Source: the human T2T-CHM13v2.0 reference genome, Homo sapiens
DNA length: 64,000 bases
Assembly (NCBI RefSeq): GCF_009914755.1
Contig: NC_060926.1
Reading direction: 5' to 3' (one strand)
Shown: positions 57,500-64,000 of the stretch, piece after piece
Numbering within the stretch: the stretch's first letter is position 1
How the letters are laid out: every line of letters begins with the position of its first letter
Program-made: the position numbers and the translations under genes
The notes under the pieces: model-generated
Told to the model about the DNA's origin: nothing
Seen by the model: only the letters and a program-made list of their open reading frames with translations
The model's database searches: none

Positions 57500-57859
57500 T
57501 GATATGGTTTGGCTCCACATCCCCACCCAAATCTCATGTTGAACTGTGATCCCCAGTGTTGGAGGTCGGGCCTGGTGGGAGGTGATTGGATCATGGGGGT
57601 GGTTTCTAATGGTTTAGCACCATGCCCCTAGTGCTGTCTCGTGATACAGTTCTCACGAGACCTTGTTGTTTGGAAGTGTGTAGCACTTCCCCCATCACTC
57701 TCACTTCCTCCTGCTCCAGCCATGTAGGATGTACTGGCTTCACTTTCACCTCCTGCCATGATTGTAAGTTTCCTGAGGCCTCCCTAGCTATGTTTCCTAT
57801 ACAGTCTATAGAATGGTGAGCCAATTAAACCACTAGCAATGTGAGAATTGACTAATACA
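57500..57859 (+). mobile_element. MSTA solo LTR with a short deletion near the 3' end
   Basis: tgatatggtttggct...gagccaattaaacc[gap]tagcaatgtgagaattgactaataca. Confidence 0.88.
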
Positions 57860-58084
57860 GTGAGAAATAAATTTCCCAGTTCTTCAAAATTTATAGTTTT
57901 TAAAATGTTTGAAACATAAATATATTTCATAAATTCACACCTAATAATCTTTCATTTAAAGATTTTATCTTAATTGTTAAAGTTAGATTGTCCTTTCCCT
58001 GTCAATGATCTCATAGTTGTTACATAGCATTTTCCAAGGGTTGCTAATATTTATTACTTTGTCCACATTGTCTAATAACTGTTT

Positions 58085-58810
58085 CTGAAAGCATTCTAGG
58101 CAGAGAGAATAGGCAGTGCAAAGGTCCTGAGGGAGGAATCTGTTTGTCTGATTAGGAAACAGCAAGGGGACAAGCATATCCAGGGAAGACTGTTAAAGAG
58201 AGAGTGATAGGAGATGAAACCTGAGAGGAGGACAGGCCAGAACTTGAAGGCTTCCTTCGACATGACCAGAGTTTTTTTCACCCAAGTACGATAGGAAGAT
58301 ATGGGAGGGTTCTGAGCGTGTAAATGGCATGATCTGATTTGTATTTTAAGAGTGCCTAGCCTGTTATGTGGATAGTTGATCAGAAGGGAGAAAAAAAATG
58401 AGGAGAATGAACATATGTTTCAAAGTTTCTTCATTAACCCAGGCAAAAAACAATGATGGCTTGGTTTAACATGGTAGCCAGTTGGGGGTAGGGGTAGGCA
58501 GAAAAGGTTAGAATTCAGATATATTTTGAAGAAAGTAATATCAGGCTGATGAACTGATCTGAAATGTGAAAGCAAGAGGAAGATAGGAGTCTAGAATAAC
58601 TTGAAGTTTTCAAGCTTGAACTACTGAGTGAATGATGATGCCATTTAATGAGATTCCAGGGTCAGTGGGGAGACTATGTGTCAAGAAATGAGTCAGCTTT
58701 CAATATCTGTTAGACATTCAGTGGAAATGGTAAACAATTAGATGGATATACAAGTCTGGACATTTAGTGAAGACACCTGGACTAGAGAAATAAACTAGGA
58801 AGTCATGGAA
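58085..58810 (-). mobile_element. L2 fragment
   Basis: gcattctaggcagagagaataggcagtgcaaaggtcctgag...gatggatatacaagtctgg. Confidence 0.7.
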
Positions 58811-59454
58811 GGTGTTGTATCACATTCAAGAGTTTGAAAATTTTATCTTGTGGGTAATGGGTACACTATGCAAGAATTTCAGTCAGGGAGGAGATATGCC
58901 AACAACTCTTAACTGTAGCAATTTTGTCTCCAAGCTCCTTGGTTTCTGGAGTGTGGGAAATGAGCAGCCTACACCAGGATTCAAAGAAACCATGTCCTCC
59001 TTGTAATTAATATAGATAGGTTTTATAATAATAAATAAAATACAACCTAAATCAATGAAGTGATATACTATTTTATTGAGCAGAATAATCAATATCATCA
59101 AGACGACAGTTTTAGCCCAAATAACTTATAAATTCAATGCAACTCTGATCAAAATTCCAACACTGATTTAACAGAAATTAACTTTCACATAAATTTCATA
59201 CATATGAGTAAAAAGCCCAAACGTTTTTAAGTAACCCTTAGGAGGGACTCACTCCATCAGATAAGAATTGCTGTTAAATTACAATAATTGAAATTTGAGT
59301 ATTGTTGCAAAGAATTAATATATCAAGAAACAGAATAGAGAACCTAGAAATTAATCCATATATGTGTACATGAGGCACTCAACAGGTGAAGTAGGGGCTA
59401 TTCAATAAATGGTGCTGAATAAGTCGTTAGGTCTATTAACGAATAAGTATAGGG

Positions 59455-59625
59455 TGATCATTATGTAGCAGGCATTGTAGTTTACACTATTATTTTATTT
59501 AATCTTCTAAATGATATACGAGGTAAAGACTATTATTAATCCCATCTCATCGATGAAGAAACTATTGTACACAGAAGGTAGGTAACTTGGACAAGGACAC
59601 ACTGCTAATAAGTGGCAGAATCAGC
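59455..59625 (-). mobile_element. MIR
   Basis: ctattattaatcccatctcatcgatgaagaaact...taacttggacaaggacacactgctaataagtggcagaatcag. Confidence 0.7.
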
Positions 59626-59764
59626 ATATCTCTATGATACAGGATAAAATTAAATCTCTACCTAATGCCATAAAGAAAAATAAATTTTATGTCAATTAAA
59701 GATGCAAAAATGAAAAGCCCATTTTAGAAGAAAATATTAGAAAATATTTTGGTGAACAATTTTT

Positions 59765-60061
<297 letters not shown>

Positions 60062-60090
60062 GTGAACAATTTTTAAGAAAATATTTTGTT

Positions 60091-60414
60091 TCATCCATGT
60101 CCCTACATAGGACATGAACTCAAGGACAAAAAAACCAAACACCGCATGTTCTCACTCATAGGTGGGAATTGAACAATGAGAACACATGGACACAGGAAGG
60201 GGAATATCACACTCCGGGGACTGTTGTGGGGTGGGGGGAGGGGGGAGGGATAGCATTATGAGATATACCTAATGCTAAATGACGAGTTAATGGGTGCAGT
60301 ACACCAACATGGCACATGTATACATATGTAACAAACTTGCACATTGTGCACATGTACCCTAAAACTTAAAGTATAATAATAATAAAATAAAAAAATTTAA
60401 CAAAATTTAAAAAA
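60091..60414 (+). mobile_element. Short twin-primed (5'-inverted) L1PA3/4 insertion
   Basis: 60091-60122 is antisense L1, 60121-60414 is sense 3' end plus tail; perfect 16-bp TSD aagaaaatattttgtt at 60075-60090 and 60415-60430. Confidence 0.92.
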
Positions 60415-61422
60415 AAGAAAATATTTTGTTCACAAAAGATTTCTTTACCAAGATACAAAAGGCACTGATCATTAAGAAAAAGATGGATTCATGTGATGGC
60501 ATTAAATACAAAAGCTTCTATACACCAACATCAAAATAAATGTATCAAATACATCACTAACACAGTAAAAAGGCATCCACAAACTGGGAAAAGATATTTA
60601 TATGATCCCAAATTAGTATATACTAGGAAAGTCATAGTCATATTTAAAAATAATTCAGTACCAGTTATAATTAATAATAATGACTCTTAACCCCCCTTAA
60701 AATTTTTCTTCCTAGTCTTCCCATCCCTTTCAGGAGCTCCCTGACTTCCCCACGATGCAGCAGAGGACACCAAATCACCCTTAGCAAAATAGTGTTAGCT
60801 ATTTTGAATATTGTGAATAAATATATTTATCAGTCACTCATGTGACTAATAGAGAGAGGAGATACTAAAGGTAACTGCATGTATGATATTTTATTATGTC
60901 AAAAAACAATAGAGATTGTTATAAAGATAATGTCAAAATATTAACATGGTAGGTTCACATTTATTATGTTTTTGTACATTTGAAATCCATTTAGTTAAAA
61001 AGATTTAAAAATAAATGAGAATTACATATTACCTATCAAAAATTAATACATGTTTCTAGGTTTTAACCCTGTAATCGGATTACCAAGGCAAAAAAAAAAA
61101 AAAAAAAGCAACAAGCCATAGTTAAAACCCTGGTGTTCCAGAAAAGACTCCTCTCTTACTTTATTCCTCACCTCAGGGGCATCATTAACCTTTTTCTGCA
61201 CAAACTCTTTTTCTCCTTTTTCCTTGAGTGAATTTACGTGTTTGGTTTTATGCCTGGCTTGTTTTCTCTGCTCACCCCTGGATAATTGATGTTTGAGACT
61301 GTCTTTGCTTCCTGAGGTTAACTCATCTACCTCTGGTATCCACTCTGTGCAATGTAGGCACAAATTCTGTGGTTCGCCCTTTTACTAATTTGGCCCAAAA
61401 GGTGAGTTTAGGCAGCTGTTTT

Positions 61423-61850
61423 TGTCAGTTTTCTATTGCTATCCCAAAAATGTAGCGGTGTAAACAACTACATTTTAGTAATATATAACTCTGGGTTAGC
61501 AATTTATTTTGTGGTCAACTGTGTGGTTTTCTGCTGTCTGTGTCAGGGTCACTTATGTAACTGCAATGATATGGTGGATCAACTGCACATGGATGGCCTG
61601 AGATACCCTCATGTCTGGAGGCTGCAGCTGGCTGTCAGGTGGGCCATGTGTCTCTGGCAGACTGGCCTGGACTTTCTCACAAAGTGGCAGCTTTTCAAGA
61701 GATTAAGCTTCAATGTGTAAGCATTTGTAAAGCCTGTGCTTGTATCACATTTACTGGTGTCCCATTTGCCAAAGTAAGTCATGTGGTCAAGCTCAGAGTC
61801 CCATATTAAGGGGTAATATAGCAGAACAAAGACACAGGAATTCATGTGTG
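61423..61850 (-). mobile_element. MLT1H-like MaLR LTR
   Basis: gcttgtatcacatttactggtgtcccatttgccaaagtaagtcatgtggtcaagctcagagtc. Confidence 0.65.
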
Positions 61851-64000
61851 AATTGGATCTATTAACCTTTTAAAAGACAGTTGATTAAAAGACAGTTTTT
61901 TATAAAGTCATTCCCTTTTCTGCTTTATTGTGCTAGTCGGTAAGATGAAGGGTAAAGATGAAAGTGGGTAAATGGGTAAATCTGAGTAAATCTTTGATTT
62001 TTCACATGCATCATATTTCATTTTATGGGAAGTTTATTTAACACCAGTCAAGACCACCGCAAATTTGAACAGATCACTAAGCTAATTAACCAGAACATTC
62101 AGCTCTTTTAAAATCCTCATGCATTTGCAGAAATATCTGAACTTCATCATAAATGTCAGCACATCTATAGTTGAAATTTCATATTTTTATCTGCAACTTG
62201 ATACCCTATTTTAACTTTATTTTTATGTAATGAATAAGATGGTCAAGTTAAGTATTTAAATCTTTAAGCTATAAAGAATTGTTTTCATTTTGCCTTTTTT
62301 TGTGCTTTTAACCTGGAATAACATAGATATTTCTTTGAAACTATATTGGTACTTTTAAGTTTTCATTTTTCATTTAATGTGAGAAAACTAACAACTGGCT
62401 TTTCAGCATCATATGTTAAATTACTAGAGATTTGATAGTTATATATAGATTTTAAAGAATGATCCCATTCTTCATTATAAATAATTTCTCTTAAGAGATC
62501 TCACTTTAGAAGTCTGAATGGGTTTCTACAACTTAAATTTGTATTACTCTTTTAATGTTTTATCCCTAAAAAACACAAAAGGGTGGTTTTATCCCTAAGT
62601 TTAGCAAATGCTATTTTGGTAACAGACCATAAAATATAGCTTTTAAGTCCTCTAAAATCGATACTCCCATTCAACTGAAGAAGAAATTGTTTCTTTTTTA
62701 TTTTTTTGAGTTGTTTTTTTCCTAACAACAGTGCCCTTAACTATTCAGCATTCACATCTGTGACTTAAACACAGCTTGCTATTTCACCTCACATAAAAAG
62801 AAAGCCAAAATGCTGAAATCAGACTGTTCAGGACTTTGAAGGAACACAAGCAGGTTACTTCTTTCTAAACAGAAAGGAACCTCAGCACAATAGCCTGACA
62901 TTGCACATTGCCTGCTGATCTACAAGTTAGCCACATGTGAGGAACCAGTTGACCAAGACAAACTAAGGACACATACGGATGGATATGCTATACATCATGT
63001 GTCCGGAGAGATTTGTTGCCAGTTATAGCATTTCTTTTAAAACATATGATGCTGGAGGATGTTATTATTTCTTCTGCACATATCTTACAAATTACAATTT
63101 AAGCACTGAAAAAAGAGACCTGCATTGTAAATTTAATAGTTGATTTACATGTTCCAATGGAGAAATAAAAGAACACATTCACTGATGTCTTAAATTAGCA
63201 AAACATTTCAATATCAATCATATTTTACTTTGAATTTCATGAAATATATCTATCAAATAGCCACATGTATTAAGTGAACATTCATATCCACTGTGAAGGC
63301 TACTATAAGCATAATTTTCTGTTTCAAAGCACATAACAACTGACGGAGGGGAAAGTAGTACAGGCACCACCTCTTCCTTGGCAGGAGGCTAGCAACTTCC
63401 ATCTAAAATTTGCTACAGAGATAATTGAAAGTTAATCCTAAGTACAAAACATTACCCCAAATTTAGGTATGTGGAAATAAGGATACAAATAACCTTTAGA
63501 ATCTATTCTAAAGTTTACACAACCACAACAATATAAACATGGAATCTAGAGAAAGAAAAATAACATTACCCTTGTTCTGTTTTTATCAGATCACATAGGG
63601 TAGAGTGCTAAAGTGCAAAGAGAGGAGTGATGTAGATAGTGAAGGTGATGCTCAACAAGCCACTTATCTTATGAGTTGGAAACATTTTAATAGACAACTA
63701 GAGATAGGGGCAGTAGCTCCAAAGGATATAACTCTAACCACCAAGTAAAAGTTAAAAATAGGAAGATTTTGAAGCTGTATAAAATAAAAACTTCAACTCA
63801 AAAGAGTTACTAATAAAGCAAGCTGCTTATATGGTAGTCAATCTTCCATCACTGAGAATTTTTTAAAAAGTGGAAAGATTATTTGTAGACAAGATTGCTA
63901 CACTGAGCAGGAGTTTAGGGTATAGAACTATAAGTATATTTTTAATAACAAGAAAATATTGCAGGCATTTTTTTAAAGTGGAGTTACTTTTGTTTTATGT

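Overview
AT-rich, CpG-poor primate genomic DNA (AluJ/S/Y, L1PA, THE1/MST and MER9 point to human or a great ape) that looks intronic or intergenic. I find no recognisable protein-coding exon, tRNA or rRNA. Every ORF in the track is a LINE-1 or MaLR remnant, an Alu or low-complexity artefact, or a short chance ORF. Much of the window is transposon fossils: a ~5.3 kb old L1PA with TSD, a ~3.6 kb antisense L1MA, two short younger L1PA insertions, seven Alus, a MER9 solo LTR nested in an AluJ, a complete LTR-int-LTR MSTC element, several other LTRs, Tigger3a/MER44/MER5 DNA transposons, and MIR/L2 relics. Subfamily calls are from memory of consensus sequences and need RepeatMasker confirmation. I cannot support a new multi-gene biological system here. 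The best unexplained signals are: (1) a near-perfect 44-bp inverted repeat at 56333-56444 outside any repeat I recognise; (2) one TTTTT|AAGAAAA site nicked on opposite strands by an AluY and by a tiny twin-primed L1, with abutting TSDs; (3) two clusters of short palindromes at 11153-11261 and 52283-52477; (4) a possible 6-nt microexon or recursive splice site at 165-170.
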